IMG/VR virus record: IMGVR_UViG_3300033076_001354
Coordinates: 93,624 to 157,623 of that record
Source of the DNA: a virus
Lineage: Duplodnaviria; Caudoviricetes
Length of the DNA stretch: 64,000 bases
Reading direction: 5' to 3' (one strand)
Shown here: positions 19,344 to 29,360 of the stretch, piece after piece
Position numbering within the stretch: the stretch's first letter is position 1
Layout of the letters: every line of letters starts with the position of its first letter
The notes under the pieces: model-generated
Databases searched by the model: none
What the model saw: only the letters and a program-made list of their open reading frames with translations
What the model was told of the DNA's origin: nothing
Position numbers and translations under genes: made by a program

Positions 19344-20720
19344 ATGGAAACTTTCAGCATTAAAGAAGAGTTGCTTAATAAGTGGAAGCCTGTGCTTGAG
19401 CACGGCGATCTTCCATCTATTAAGGACGCACATCGTCGTAGAGTCACGGCTCAGATCCTTGAGAACACTGAGATCGCGATCAAGGAACAGGCGATGTTCA
19501 ATCCTCAATCGCTGTTCGAAACTTCACCGACCAACTCTGTCGGCACCGGCGGTTACGCTGGCGCAGGCGGCACTGGCGTTGCTGGTTACGACCCGATCCT
19601 TATCTCTCTCGTTCGTCGTGCAATGCCTAACCTCATCGCATACGACATCTGCGGCGTTCAGCCGATGACCGGTCCTACCGGCCTCATCTTCGCGATGCGC
19701 GCCAACTACGCCAACTCAACGGCTCGTACCACTGCGGAAGCATTGTACAACGAAGCCAACACTGAGTTCTCGTCACCGGGCATCTCACAGGCCAACACCA
19801 TCGGCAACAAGTCGGTTGGTACAGTTCCTGGCTCGACCGCTCAGACGACCGTTCTCGCCAACAGCAACATCTACAACTTTGCTGGCGGTGCAAACACTCA
19901 GCAGGCTGAAGCGCTCGGTTCGACCTCGAACGTAGCATTCGCTGAAATGGCCTTCTCGATCGACAAGCAGACTGTTACTGCTAAGTCGCGCGCTCTCAAG
20001 GCAGAATACACCATGGAACTCGCACAAGACCTTAAGGCGATCCATGGCCTCGACGCTGAGACTGAACTCGCGAACATCCTTCAGTCGGAAATCCTCGCGG
20101 AAATCAACCGTGAAGTTGTTCGCTCGATCAACATCACCGCGGTTCGCGGCGCCAACACCGGCACCACGACTCAGGGTATCTTCGACCTCGACACCGACTC
20201 AAACGGTCGTTGGTCGGTTGAAAAGTTCAAGGGCTTGATGTTCCAGATCGAACGCGAAGCCAACCAAATCGCGAAGGACACCCGTCGCGGTAAGGGTAAC
20301 GTCATCATCTGCTCGTCGGACGTCGCTTCGGCACTTCAGATGGCTGGCGTTCTTGACTACGCTCCTGCCCTCAACGCGAACAACCTTCAGGTTGACGACA
20401 CGGGCAACACCTTCGCCGGTGTTCTCAACGGTCGCTTCCGCGTCTACATCGACCCGTACACCACCGGTAACTATATGACCGTCGGTTATAAGGGTGCCAA
20501 CGTGTTCGACGCTGGTCTCTTCTACTGCCCATACGTTCCTCTCCAGATGGTTCGTGCGGTCGGTCAAGATTCCTTCCAGCCGAAGATTGGCTTCAAGACT
20601 CGTTACGGCATCGTACCGAACCCCTTCGCAAAGGGTGCAACCGCTGCTTCGGCAACCGGCGCGCTCGAAGAAGACACGAACGTCTACTATCGTCGTGTTC
20701 TCGTGTCGAACCTTCTCTGA
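19344..20720 (+). CDS. gp23: Major capsid protein gp23
   Basis: 'LVRRAMPNLIAYDICGVQPMTGPTGLIFAMR', 'ELAQDLKAIHGLDAE', 'QPKIGFKTRYG'. Confidence 0.98.
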   Translation: METFSIKEELLNKWKPVLEHGDLPSIKDAHRRRVTAQILENTEIAIKEQAMFNPQSLFETSPTNSVGTGGYAGAGGTGVAGYDPILISLVRRAMPNLIAYDICGVQPMTGPTGLIFAMRANYANSTARTTAEALYNEANTEFSSPGISQANTIGNKSVGTVPGSTAQTTVLANSNIYNFAGGANTQQAEALGSTSNVAFAEMAFSIDKQTVTAKSRALKAEYTMELAQDLKAIHGLDAETELANILQSEILAEINREVVRSINITAVRGANTGTTTQGIFDLDTDSNGRWSVEKFKGLMFQIEREANQIAKDTRRGKGNVIICSSDVASALQMAGVLDYAPALNANNLQVDDTGNTFAGVLNGRFRVYIDPYTTGNYMTVGYKGANVFDAGLFYCPYVPLQMVRAVGQDSFQPKIGFKTRYGIVPNPFAKGATAASATGALEEDTNVYYRRVLVSNLL

Positions 20721-20751
20721 TAATAAACAGAAGAAGCTACCAAATAAACTT

Positions 20752-20778
20752 AGGGGACCCTTCGGGGTCCCCTTTTTT
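20752..20778. terminator. Intrinsic terminator with UUCG tetraloop after gp23
   Basis: AGGGGACCC-TTCG-GGGTCCCCT followed by a T-tract; sits between convergent genes. Confidence 0.9.
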
Positions 20779-21070
20779 ATTCCACGACTACTCTCTTCCA
20801 GTCGCCGTCTTTGCTCTTCAACCAAAGATTACCATCTTCACCCACTGACATCGACACCTGTTTATCCGGATCATATTGAGGAAAGTTGCCAAGAGTCATA
20901 GAAGAACTATTTCCAAGATACATCATTGTACCGTCTTTCTTCTTAGCTCCCATTAGAGTCATTTTTACTGAATCTGCTAATGGTTCCCCTGTCGGCTTCT
21001 CCTTAGCAAATGCTTCTACTGCCATCAAGGGCGATAGGGCAAACATTCCAAATAGACTACGTCTGTTCAT
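20777..21070 (-). CDS. Hypothetical exported protein with twin-arginine-like signal peptide
   Basis: N-terminus MNRRSLFGMFALSPLMAVEAFA (RRxxF, h-region, AxA). Confidence 0.6.
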   Translation of the reverse strand: MNRRSLFGMFALSPLMAVEAFAKEKPTGEPLADSVKMTLMGAKKKDGTMMYLGNSSSMTLGNFPQYDPDKQVSMSVGEDGNLWLKSKDGDWKRVVVE

Positions 21071-21513
21071 TCTATAATCTCCAAATGATCTTTTACCACT
21101 TTAAACTTAACAACATTGTAATCAGAAAACCGATCGCCACCATACTTAAAATAATCTCGTCCGCCATCTACATAAGCTCCGTTCTTACCCTCGCGAAAGT
21201 CGTGGCGATAACGTGAATAGACAACCTCACCCTCCGCCTCAATCCCTGAGAACACCACGTCTTTGATCGAGGGTAAACCATCGGTGATCATCAGGGTGTC
21301 GCCCCTGAAGTAAAGCGCGAAGTAGTTGGATCCCTGTGGGTGGGCTTCTTCCGTATAGAATATAGCGGCCGGCCTGTTGCCCCAGAAAGTAGCTCCGGAA
21401 TATTGATCCCTGCCTAATAGATCGGTCTCGAGAACGTACTTTGCTTTGTACTCCTTCTCGATAATCTCGATGGTTTCTTTCTTGAGAAAACTTGAATCAG
21501 TATTGATGATCAT
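21067..21513 (-). CDS. Hypothetical phage protein
   Basis: 148 aa ORF with its own sigma70-like promoter; 'YSRYRHDF...VDGGRDY' motif recalled from other phage hypothetical proteins. Confidence 0.7.
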   Translation of the reverse strand: MIINTDSSFLKKETIEIIEKEYKAKYVLETDLLGRDQYSGATFWGNRPAAIFYTEEAHPQGSNYFALYFRGDTLMITDGLPSIKDVVFSGIEAEGEVVYSRYRHDFREGKNGAYVDGGRDYFKYGGDRFSDYNVVKFKVVKDHLEIIE

Positions 21514-21543
21514 AATCTATCCCTGTTTTAATCTCATAGCCTG

Positions 21544-21571
21544 ATTATATACAGACCGGATCAAATGTCAA
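21544..21571 (-). promoter_or_regulatory. Sigma70-type promoter, minus strand
   Basis: TTGACA-16 nt-TATAAT on the minus strand. Confidence 0.75.
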
Positions 21572-21598
21572 CCAAAAAAAGCCCTAGACCGGCCGACA

Positions 21599-21691
21599 TA
21601 ACCCATTGAAAAGATTACACAATTTTTTTTCTTAAAATCTGCACTTTTCTATTGACATTTTCTTAAAACTTTGATAAGATCTAGATAATGG
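21599..21691 (+). promoter_or_regulatory. Early promoter cassette, copy 1 (IHF-like site + TTGACA-17-TAAGAT-CTAGATAATGG)
   Basis: TTGACA at 21652, TAAGAT at 21675; shared tail CTAGATAATGG; TAACCCATTGAAA at 21599. Confidence 0.8.
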
Positions 21692-21709
21692 ATTGGAAAG
21701 GGTAGTCAA

Positions 21710-21820
21710 ATGTTACAGGAAATCTACGCGGTTCTTTCGGCCTATATGCTCCCGATCTCGGTGGCCGTCACGGGTCTCACGATCTCGGCAATCTACGAAA
21801 TCTTCTTTATGAAAGGCTGA
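21710..21820 (+). CDS. Small hydrophobic early protein (36 aa)
   Basis: MLQEIYAVLSAYMLPISVAVTGLTISAIYEIFFMKG directly after the early promoter, with GGAAAGG SD; below the ORF-track cutoff. Confidence 0.55.
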   Translation: MLQEIYAVLSAYMLPISVAVTGLTISAIYEIFFMKG

Positions 21821-21824
21821 GACT

Positions 21825-22034
21825 ATGAAAATTGTTGAACGGTTGCGTGAATATGATAAGCGAGAAGACTGGAGCTACGTAAGGCACCCAGATGTTTGCA
21901 TTGAAGCTGCCGACGAGATCGAGAAGCTTCAAAGCATAATCCGTGAGATCGTATCCCAGATAGATCAGGGAGGTGAGAACGGTAAGGTGTTCGCCAGAGA
22001 CAACTGCATACAGCGCGCTCGAGAGGTCCTATGA
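21825..22034 (+). CDS. Hypothetical early protein
   Basis: 'IVERLR...EAADEIEKL' motif common in small phage proteins. Confidence 0.65.
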   Translation: MKIVERLREYDKREDWSYVRHPDVCIEAADEIEKLQSIIREIVSQIDQGGENGKVFARDNCIQRAREVL

Positions 22035-22127
22035 ACAAGCGCAGGTTAGTGACTCAGCGCGAAAATAACGGTGTACAATTATACGTAAAAGTGTATAATG
22101 GTAAGATAAGATCACGGAGACCCGCCA

Positions 22128-22511
22128 ATGACGATGCACCTGCTTCCAGTCTACTTCAACGACCTCAAGACCCGTAAGAAGCCGCGTCAGGCCAAGTCGT
22201 TCGGCAGCCTCCCGCGCGTCGACATGGCCAAGCTCAAGCACGCTCAGTTCGTCCATAAAGTCACCGGCGGCAAGAAAGCCGACCGCGACGTGCTGCGCAG
22301 CGACTGGCTCAATGAGTACAAGAGCACCATGCAGGTCGATCGCTCCGACTACCAAAGCGCCGGCATGTCGTCGAGCTCCGCGCCTAAGCCCGAGGCCAAA
22401 GTCTACACCGGCGGCAACCTCAAGGGCATCGCCACCATGCACAAGTCAAACATGGTTCCCGTCTTCAACTCGCAGGACGCCGAGGATATTTCCAAGATGC
22501 GACGGGGGTGA
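22128..22511 (+). CDS. Conserved T4-like phage hypothetical protein
   Basis: C-terminal 'YTG..LKGIATMHKSNMVPVF...A.DI..MRR' motif; GGAG SD; upstream TATAAT promoter. Confidence 0.75.
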   Translation: MTMHLLPVYFNDLKTRKKPRQAKSFGSLPRVDMAKLKHAQFVHKVTGGKKADRDVLRSDWLNEYKSTMQVDRSDYQSAGMSSSSAPKPEAKVYTGGNLKGIATMHKSNMVPVFNSQDAEDISKMRRG

Positions 22512-22525
22512 TTGATAAATAGAGT

Positions 22526-23086
22526 ATGACCATAGACGTAACGACTACCATCAGCGCCGCGAACACTGGGATGCTTTTCTCGCAGCCCGGTGATACGAAC
22601 TTTCTGTCGCCCTTCGGCTTCAGGTTCAAGCTCAAGCGCGCACCTAACTTAAACTTCTTCGCGACTGACGCGAACATACCCTCGTTTGAGATCGGTTACA
22701 TCGATCTCCCGTCGCCGTTCAAGAAGATTGAGCTTCCCGGTGATAAGCCGAGTTTCGGCGACTTCACCTTGACTTTCAAAGTCGATGAGAACATGGCGAA
22801 CTACTTGGAGATATACGTCTGGCTCATGAAGCTCGGCTTCCCTGAGAACTTCCAGCAGTATGCCTCGTTGAAGAACACTGCTATCGGCTCGGGCGAGGGA
22901 ACCGTGTCGGATGGAACCCTTACCATCCTCAACAGTGCGATGGCTCCCACCACTGAGATTCAGTTCACCAACATGTTTCCATACAGCATGAGTGAAGTCA
23001 ACTTTACCACGGCCGACACGACTCTCAACTACGTCACGGCCCGTGTCGGATTCAAATTCAACATCATGAAGATCGTGTCGCTCTGA
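22526..23086 (+). CDS. gp3: Tail completion/tube terminator gp3
   Basis: 'NFLSPFGFRF', 'F.VDENM.NY.EIY.W'; preceded by the late-promoter variant GATAAATA. Confidence 0.85.
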   Translation: MTIDVTTTISAANTGMLFSQPGDTNFLSPFGFRFKLKRAPNLNFFATDANIPSFEIGYIDLPSPFKKIELPGDKPSFGDFTLTFKVDENMANYLEIYVWLMKLGFPENFQQYASLKNTAIGSGEGTVSDGTLTILNSAMAPTTEIQFTNMFPYSMSEVNFTTADTTLNYVTARVGFKFNIMKIVSL

Positions 23087-23104
23087 CACGTGTGAGGATA
23101 CAAT

Positions 23105-23539
23105 ATGAAGCTGGACGAAATCCACGCCCTGTGGTCGCAGGATTGCGACATCAATCGCATCGAGCTCGGTGAAGAAGCTCTAAAGATCCCAAAGCTGCAC
23201 AGTAAATACTTACGGATGTTCTCCGACGAGAGGATGCTGCTGCGCAAGCTTGAAGAAGATCGAAGCACACTCAAGCTTCTCAAGATCGACTACTACCGCG
23301 GCGTCCTACCTGAAGAGGACTTACGAGCGAACGGTTGGGAACCCTTCCGTCTGTCCGTATTAAAGTCCGATTTGCCAATGTACCTTGACGCCGACCAAGA
23401 CATCATTAAGATCAACCTAAAGATCTCTGTTCAGCAAGAGAAAGTCGACACTCTTGAAGCGATAATAAAATCCATAAGCAACAGAGGGTACCTGATAAAG
23501 AGCGCGATTGACTTCGAGAAATTTAAGGTTGGTGGATAA
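23105..23539 (+). CDS. uvsY: Recombination mediator UvsY
   Basis: 'E..KIP.LHSKYL', 'YLDAD', 'RGY.IK.AIDF.KF'. Confidence 0.9.
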   Translation: MKLDEIHALWSQDCDINRIELGEEALKIPKLHSKYLRMFSDERMLLRKLEEDRSTLKLLKIDYYRGVLPEEDLRANGWEPFRLSVLKSDLPMYLDADQDIIKINLKISVQQEKVDTLEAIIKSISNRGYLIKSAIDFEKFKVGG

Positions 23540-24977
23540 GGTGCACCTTCGCAAGATCAATGAGACTTATCTCAAGGTCGAAGCCGAGCCGTCAGTCGTA
23601 CAAGAGCTGTCGGACCAACTAACGTTTGAAGTTCCCGGTGCGAAGTTCATGCCGGCCGTCCGCAACAGGTTCTGGGACGGAAAGATTCGCCTGCTCAACG
23701 CACTCACCGCGATCACGTACGCCGGATTGGTAGAAGAGATCCGAAGGTTTTGTAAAGCGCGCGACTATGAGTTCAGCGTCGACGACAGCCTCAAGCCCAC
23801 GAAAAAGATCGACGAAGAGGAGACGATAGAGTTCCTCAAGTCTCTCAACTTAACCATGAAGCCGAGGGACTATCAGGTCGAAGCTTTTATGCGCGCGGTC
23901 AACAACGACCGAGGTGTATTCCTCTCGCCGACCGCGTCGGGCAAGTCATTCATCATCTATCTCATCGCTAGGTACTACAATGCGCGCACTCTTATCATCG
24001 TACCAACTACTTCTCTTGTTTCTCAGCTTGCCTCTGATTTTGCTGACTATGGCTTCGACTCTTCCACTAACGTTCATAGTGTATTCTCTGGACAGGACAA
24101 ACGCTCGCCTAAGCCAATCACCATCTCAACTTGGCAGAGCATATACAAACTACCTAAGAGTTATTTCGAAGACTATGACTTGATCATAGGCGACGAGGCG
24201 CACCAGTTCAAGGCGAAGTCGCTGACCACTATCATGGAGAAGATGGAGAACACGAAGTACAGGTTCGGGTTCACAGGCACGCTCGACGGATCGATGACGA
24301 ACGAGATCACGCTGACCGGACTCTTCGGTCCAGTCTACAGGGTAACCACCACCAAGTCCCTGATGGACGACGGTAAAGTCGCGAAGCTCAACATCAAAGT
24401 CATCATACTAAAACACAAGAAAGAAGACAGGAAGCTCATCTCAAAGATGAACTATCAAGACGAGGTCGACTGGATAGTCTCCAATCCACTCAGAAACAAG
24501 TTCTTGAGAAACCTTACACTTTCTTCGGAGGGCAATACACTTTTATTGTTCCAGTTTGTTGACAAACACGGTAAACTGTTGTATGATAGCATTAAGTCGA
24601 AAGATCCGAACAGAAAGGTGTTCTTCATACATGGCGGCGTCGACGCAGAAGACCGAGAGAACGTCAGAAGAATCGTTGAGAGCGAGTCTAACGCTGTTAT
24701 CGTGGCTAGCTTTGGGACCTTTTCTACCGGCATTAACATTCGCAACCTTCACAACATCGTACTTGCTTCTCCGTCAAAGTCAAGGATAAGGCTGCTCCAG
24801 TCGATTGGTCGCGGTCTTCGACTCTCTGAGACCAAAGACTCCGTGACTGTGTACGACATCGGCGACGACCTTCGCCACGGCGACCGGACCAACTACACTC
24901 TCCAGCACTTGACAGAGCGCATGGAGATCTATAACTCTGAAGATTTTGAATATAAAATTTATACGGTGGACTTATGA
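23532..24977 (+). CDS. uvsW: DNA helicase UvsW
   Basis: SPTASGKS, DEAH, GFTGT, STGINI, QSIGRGLR. Confidence 0.95.
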   Translation: MDKVHLRKINETYLKVEAEPSVVQELSDQLTFEVPGAKFMPAVRNRFWDGKIRLLNALTAITYAGLVEEIRRFCKARDYEFSVDDSLKPTKKIDEEETIEFLKSLNLTMKPRDYQVEAFMRAVNNDRGVFLSPTASGKSFIIYLIARYYNARTLIIVPTTSLVSQLASDFADYGFDSSTNVHSVFSGQDKRSPKPITISTWQSIYKLPKSYFEDYDLIIGDEAHQFKAKSLTTIMEKMENTKYRFGFTGTLDGSMTNEITLTGLFGPVYRVTTTKSLMDDGKVAKLNIKVIILKHKKEDRKLISKMNYQDEVDWIVSNPLRNKFLRNLTLSSEGNTLLLFQFVDKHGKLLYDSIKSKDPNRKVFFIHGGVDAEDRENVRRIVESESNAVIVASFGTFSTGINIRNLHNIVLASPSKSRIRLLQSIGRGLRLSETKDSVTVYDIGDDLRHGDRTNYTLQHLTERMEIYNSEDFEYKIYTVDL

Positions 24978-25540
24978 ATAAACCAGTGCCTAAACACTAC
25001 GTCGACAACAAGAAGTTCTTTACCGAGATCATTCACTATAAGCAGAAGTGTTTAGAAGCGGCGAGTCTCAAGCAGGAGAAGCCGCGCATCCCGCCGTACA
25101 TCGGTGAGTGCCTGTATAAAATCGCGTTTCGCCTGTCGCTCAAGCCTAACTTCGTGAACTACACCTTCCGCGAAGACATGGTCGCCGACGGCCTCGAGAA
25201 GTGCATCGCGTACTTCGATAACTTCGATCCTGAGAAGTCGAGCAACCCGTTCGCGTACTTCACGCAGATCATCTACTACGCGTTCTTGGCAAGGATCAAC
25301 GGTGAGAAGAAGCACCTATACATAAAACAGAAGACCCTCGAGAACTTCTACTTCGAGGGCATGCTCGCTGAGCAGGGCATGGACGGCGATGAGCGCGCGG
25401 TCAACGTCGACCTAGACAATGAGTACATGAAGAACCTCGTGTCTTCCTACGACAAGAAGCAGGAAGAGAAGAAAGCAAAGATCAAGGCGAAGAAGAACGC
25501 CGGCAACTTAGATAAGTACTTTGGTGAGTTACCTGAATGA
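24974..25540 (+). CDS. gp55: Late-transcription sigma factor gp55
   Basis: 'HYVDNK', 'NFVNYTFREDMV.DG', 'NPFAYFTQIIYYAF'. Confidence 0.95.
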   Translation: MNKPVPKHYVDNKKFFTEIIHYKQKCLEAASLKQEKPRIPPYIGECLYKIAFRLSLKPNFVNYTFREDMVADGLEKCIAYFDNFDPEKSSNPFAYFTQIIYYAFLARINGEKKHLYIKQKTLENFYFEGMLAEQGMDGDERAVNVDLDNEYMKNLVSSYDKKQEEKKAKIKAKKNAGNLDKYFGELPE

Positions 25541-26607
25541 AGATCGCACTTATAACGGACACACACTGGGGAATCAGAAACGACTCTCCGGTGATGCTGA
25601 GCCAGATGAAGAAGTTTTTAGATGAAGTATTTTTCCCTGTCATCGATCGAGATAACATTGATACTGTTATTCATCTTGGGGATCTTGTTGATCGCCGCAA
25701 GTACATTAATTATGTGACGGCGAAGCGCCTGCGCGACGACTTCCTTGAGCCTCTTCGTCAGCGCGACATCGACGTACACATCATCGCCGGCAACCACGAT
25801 ACATACTTCAAGAACACGAACGACGTCAACAGTCTTCGTGAGCTTCTTGACGGCAAGTACTACAACTTCAACATCTACGACAACGTCGCCGCCGAGATGA
25901 TCTTTGAAGATAAGACTAAGATCTTTATGCTCCCGTGGATCTGTGACGAGAATCGCGAGCAGTGCATGAAGGCGATCGACGAGACGACTGCTCCGATACT
26001 GATGGGACACTTGGAGCTCAACGGGTTTGAGATGTACAGGGGACAGGTGAATGAACACGGCGATGATCCTAAGCTCTTTGATAAATTCGATCTTGTATGT
26101 TCTGGTCATTATCATACTCGTTCCTCTCGCTCTAACATTCACTACCTTGGCACTCCTGCTCAATATACTTGGTCTGATTATGGGGACACTAAGGGCTTTT
26201 ATGTTCTGGATACAGAAACTAGAGGGTTGACATTTATTGAAAACCCGTATAAGATCTTCTATAAGTTTCACTACGACGACATCAACAAGCAGATGGACGA
26301 AGTCATAGTGTTCGACGCTGCGCAGTACAAAGACACCTACGTCAAAGTCATCGTAAAGAACAAGACCAACCCGTACTGGTTCGACCTCGTCATCGATAAG
26401 ATCGAGAAGGCTGGACCCGCGGACATACAGATCGTTGAAGATCACCTCAACTTGAACCTCGAAGACGACACCGACATCGTCAACGAGGCCGAAGACACCA
26501 TCACCATCATCCGCAAGTTCGTCGACTCGATGAACGTAAATACTGACAAGAAGCGCGTTGAGAACATCATCCAGTCACTATACATTGAAGCGCACGAGAT
26601 AGAATGA
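25537..26607 (+). CDS. gp47: Recombination endonuclease subunit gp47 (Mre11-like)
   Basis: DTHWG, GDLVD, GNHD, GHLE, GHYH metallophosphoesterase motifs. Confidence 0.95.
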   Translation: MKIALITDTHWGIRNDSPVMLSQMKKFLDEVFFPVIDRDNIDTVIHLGDLVDRRKYINYVTAKRLRDDFLEPLRQRDIDVHIIAGNHDTYFKNTNDVNSLRELLDGKYYNFNIYDNVAAEMIFEDKTKIFMLPWICDENREQCMKAIDETTAPILMGHLELNGFEMYRGQVNEHGDDPKLFDKFDLVCSGHYHTRSSRSNIHYLGTPAQYTWSDYGDTKGFYVLDTETRGLTFIENPYKIFYKFHYDDINKQMDEVIVFDAAQYKDTYVKVIVKNKTNPYWFDLVIDKIEKAGPADIQIVEDHLNLNLEDDTDIVNEAEDTITIIRKFVDSMNVNTDKKRVENIIQSLYIEAHEIE

Positions 26608-28319
26608 TCTACTTCAAAGCAATCCGCTGGAAAAACTTTCTGTCCACTGGAAACGCCTTCACCGAGATACAGTTGAATAAGTCGGACACCAGCCTCATCG
26701 TAGGTGAGAACGGTGCTGGCAAGTCGACTCTTCTCGATGCATTGTCGTTTGTACTGTACAACAAACCTTTCCGCAAAGTCAATAAACCTCAGCTCATGAA
26801 CTCGATCAACAAGAAAGATATGTTGGTCGAGATCGACTTCGACATCGGCTCAAACCGATACCACATCAAGCGCGGCATGAAGCCAAACTTGTTCGAGGTT
26901 CACCAGAACGGTAAGCTGCTGAACCAAGAAGCTGCCGACCGCGACTATCAGACGGTGCTTGAGAAGCAGATCCTCAAGCTCAATCACAAGAGCTTTTGTC
27001 AAGTCGTCGTGCTCGGCTCGGCGTCGTTCGTCCCGTTCATGGAGCTTCCAGCCGGTCAGCGACGCGAGGTGATCGAAGACTTGCTCGACATTCAGATCTT
27101 TTCGGTGATGAACTCACTGCTCAGGGAAAAGATCTCGAGTAATAACACCGCACTTACCAAGGTTGAGTACGACTGCGACTTGACTTCTGAGAAGATCAAG
27201 ATGCAGACGCAGATCATCGAGAGCACCAAGCTTCTCAACGACACCTACGTCGCGAAGCTCAAAGAGGAGCTAAACAAGAACACCGCAAGGATCGAGGAGG
27301 AGCGCGATGTTGTTAAGCAGCTCAGCGAGAAAGCAGTATCCCTTAAGGCCGAGATCGAAGACCAAGAGTCGATCAGCGAGCGTCAAAAAAAGCTACAGCG
27401 ACTGGAAGTACAACTCGCTGATAAAGTTGCCAAACTCACGGCTGACATCGAGTTCTTTTCTTCACACGATAGCTGTCCTACATGCAAGCAGGACATTGAC
27501 CATACCTTTAAGTGTGAGACTGTCGGTGATAAACAAGGCCAAGTTCAAGAAACACGGGACGCGATCGATAAACTACAAGTGGAGATCACGCGAGTTCTTG
27601 ATAGGCTACAATCCATCGCACGGGTGGCTGCTGACATTAATTCAGTGAACATTGAGATCATAACGAAGAACAGTACGATCAACAACCTCATCGATCAGTG
27701 TAAGTCGCTCGCGGCTAAGATCAAAGAAACTCAGGAGTACAACGACAAGCTTGTGATCGACGACAGCGTCATGAAGGAGCTCGAGCGAACCCTCGGTAAA
27801 CTCTCAGACGACAAGGCAGAGCTGCTGCGCGACAAAGACGCGCTCAACGTCGCGTCGATCATCCTCAAGGATACCGGCATCAAAGCTAAGATCATCAAGC
27901 AGTACGTGCCGGTCATCAACCGACTCATCAACAAGTACTTGTCGGCGATGGACTTCTTCGTCAACTTCGAGATGGATGAGAACTTCGAGGAAAAGATCAA
28001 GTCGCGATTCCGCGATGAGTTCTCATACTCATCGTTCTCAGAGGGCGAGAAGATGAGGATCAATCTGGCGATCTTGTTCACGTGGCGAGCGATCGCCAGA
28101 CTGCGCAACAGCGCGTCGACAAACTTATTGATCATGGACGAGGTGCTCGACGGATCACTCGACTCAAACGGTACCGACGAGTTCCTCAAGATCATCAACA
28201 ACCTGACGCTCGATACGAACACGTTCATCATCAGCCACAAGGTCGACCAGATGATGGATAAGTTCGCCAACGTCATCAAGTTTGAAAAGCACAAGAACTT
28301 CAGCAGGATAGCAGCATGA
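26604..28319 (+). CDS. gp46: Recombination endonuclease subunit gp46 (Rad50-like)
   Basis: GENGAGKS, CPTC zinc hook, FSEGE signature, MDEVLD. Confidence 0.96.
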   Translation: MIYFKAIRWKNFLSTGNAFTEIQLNKSDTSLIVGENGAGKSTLLDALSFVLYNKPFRKVNKPQLMNSINKKDMLVEIDFDIGSNRYHIKRGMKPNLFEVHQNGKLLNQEAADRDYQTVLEKQILKLNHKSFCQVVVLGSASFVPFMELPAGQRREVIEDLLDIQIFSVMNSLLREKISSNNTALTKVEYDCDLTSEKIKMQTQIIESTKLLNDTYVAKLKEELNKNTARIEEERDVVKQLSEKAVSLKAEIEDQESISERQKKLQRLEVQLADKVAKLTADIEFFSSHDSCPTCKQDIDHTFKCETVGDKQGQVQETRDAIDKLQVEITRVLDRLQSIARVAADINSVNIEIITKNSTINNLIDQCKSLAAKIKETQEYNDKLVIDDSVMKELERTLGKLSDDKAELLRDKDALNVASIILKDTGIKAKIIKQYVPVINRLINKYLSAMDFFVNFEMDENFEEKIKSRFRDEFSYSSFSEGEKMRINLAILFTWRAIARLRNSASTNLLIMDEVLDGSLDSNGTDEFLKIINNLTLDTNTFIISHKVDQMMDKFANVIKFEKHKNFSRIAA

Positions 28320-28585
28320 CAACAGAAGATAAATTGAAAGCTTATAAGGACGGGTTCAAAGACGGATTCGCCGAGGGATACAAGCAAGCCAAAGCCGACG
28401 ATGATCCACTCACCCCATATTACAGTGATCCACTCGCCCCGCATAGGAAAGCGTTGAAAGACTATCAACCACAGAACTGGACTTCGTGTCAAGTGTGCGG
28501 TAGGACTGGCGTCAGCGCGGTGGTGTGCACATATCCAAGTTGTCCTAGCCGTGCATACTGCATTGCAGACAAACCCGGAATGTAA
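28316..28585 (+). CDS. Hypothetical protein with C-terminal Cys cluster
   Basis: 'AYKDGFKDGFAEGY' repeat and CxxC...C...C. Confidence 0.55.
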   Translation: MTTEDKLKAYKDGFKDGFAEGYKQAKADDDPLTPYYSDPLAPHRKALKDYQPQNWTSCQVCGRTGVSAVVCTYPSCPSRAYCIADKPGM

Positions 28586-28588
28586 ATC

Positions 28589-29092
28589 ATGAAAGAAATC
28601 GTAAAGTTTCCAAGCCCTATATTAAGAATGCCGACGCGTCGTTTCGACTTCGTCAACCCAGAAGTTGATCCGCACGAGCTCGTGCAGGAGATGCTTCAGG
28701 TTATGAACGACCATAAGGGCATAGGTCTTTCGGCGAATCAGATCGGCTACAACCTACGCGTATTCGTGATGCGTGGTTTAGAACAGAACTACGCCTGCTT
28801 CAACCCAAAGATCGTGAGCTTCGGTGAAGGCACGAACGTCCTTGAAGAGGGCTGCCTATCTTTTCCCGGACTGAACGTAAAGATCAAGCGATTCAACAGC
28901 CTGCGCCTGAGGTTCCAGACCGCGTCCGGCGGTGTGGATACACTCAACGTTTCAGGTCTGACGGCCCGCGTCGTTCAGCACGAGATCGATCACCTAGATG
29001 GATACGAGTTCTTCAATCGCGCGAATAAGTTTCATCGCGACAAAGCATTTAAGAAGCAGAAGGAATACTTAAATGGAACTAGATCAGCATAA
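28589..29092 (+). CDS. def: Peptide deformylase
   Basis: GIGLSANQIG, EGCLS, QHEIDHLDG. Confidence 0.95.
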   Translation: MKEIVKFPSPILRMPTRRFDFVNPEVDPHELVQEMLQVMNDHKGIGLSANQIGYNLRVFVMRGLEQNYACFNPKIVSFGEGTNVLEEGCLSFPGLNVKIKRFNSLRLRFQTASGGVDTLNVSGLTARVVQHEIDHLDGYEFFNRANKFHRDKAFKKQKEYLNGTRSA

Positions 29093-29360
29093 GCGTCCTG
29101 GAATCAGGATCAAAGACTTCTTCGTGACTTTCGCCGACGGTGACTTCGTCTTGGAGAACGAAGATGGAACGCTCAGTTTAGCGGTTGACATTTTCCGCAT
29201 CGATGGTAATAATAACTTACATGAAGTCGATGCGAAGATCAAAGACGCCGAACTCGAGTCTATCAGGCCTGAGATCGAAGCTTGGGTCAACGCCGCTCTC
29301 GAAGCAGCAATTCAAGATGCCGAGCAAGTCATCGAAGAACATGAAGGCAAGCAAGAGTGA
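29073..29360 (+). CDS. Hypothetical acidic protein
   Basis: AAGGA SD; coupled within the operon. Confidence 0.55.
   Translation: MELDQHKRPGIRIKDFFVTFADGDFVLENEDGTLSLAVDIFRIDGNNNLHEVDAKIKDAELESIRPEIEAWVNAALEAAIQDAEQVIEEHEGKQE

Noticed and set aside
25618-26445. Long antisense ORFs (e.g. 25618..26445, 27731..28492, 42190..42984, 20199..20825, 18356..18898)
   Set aside because: Shadow frames of well-identified + strand genes; the strong C-ending codon bias depletes antisense stop codons; no SD or recognisable motifs.
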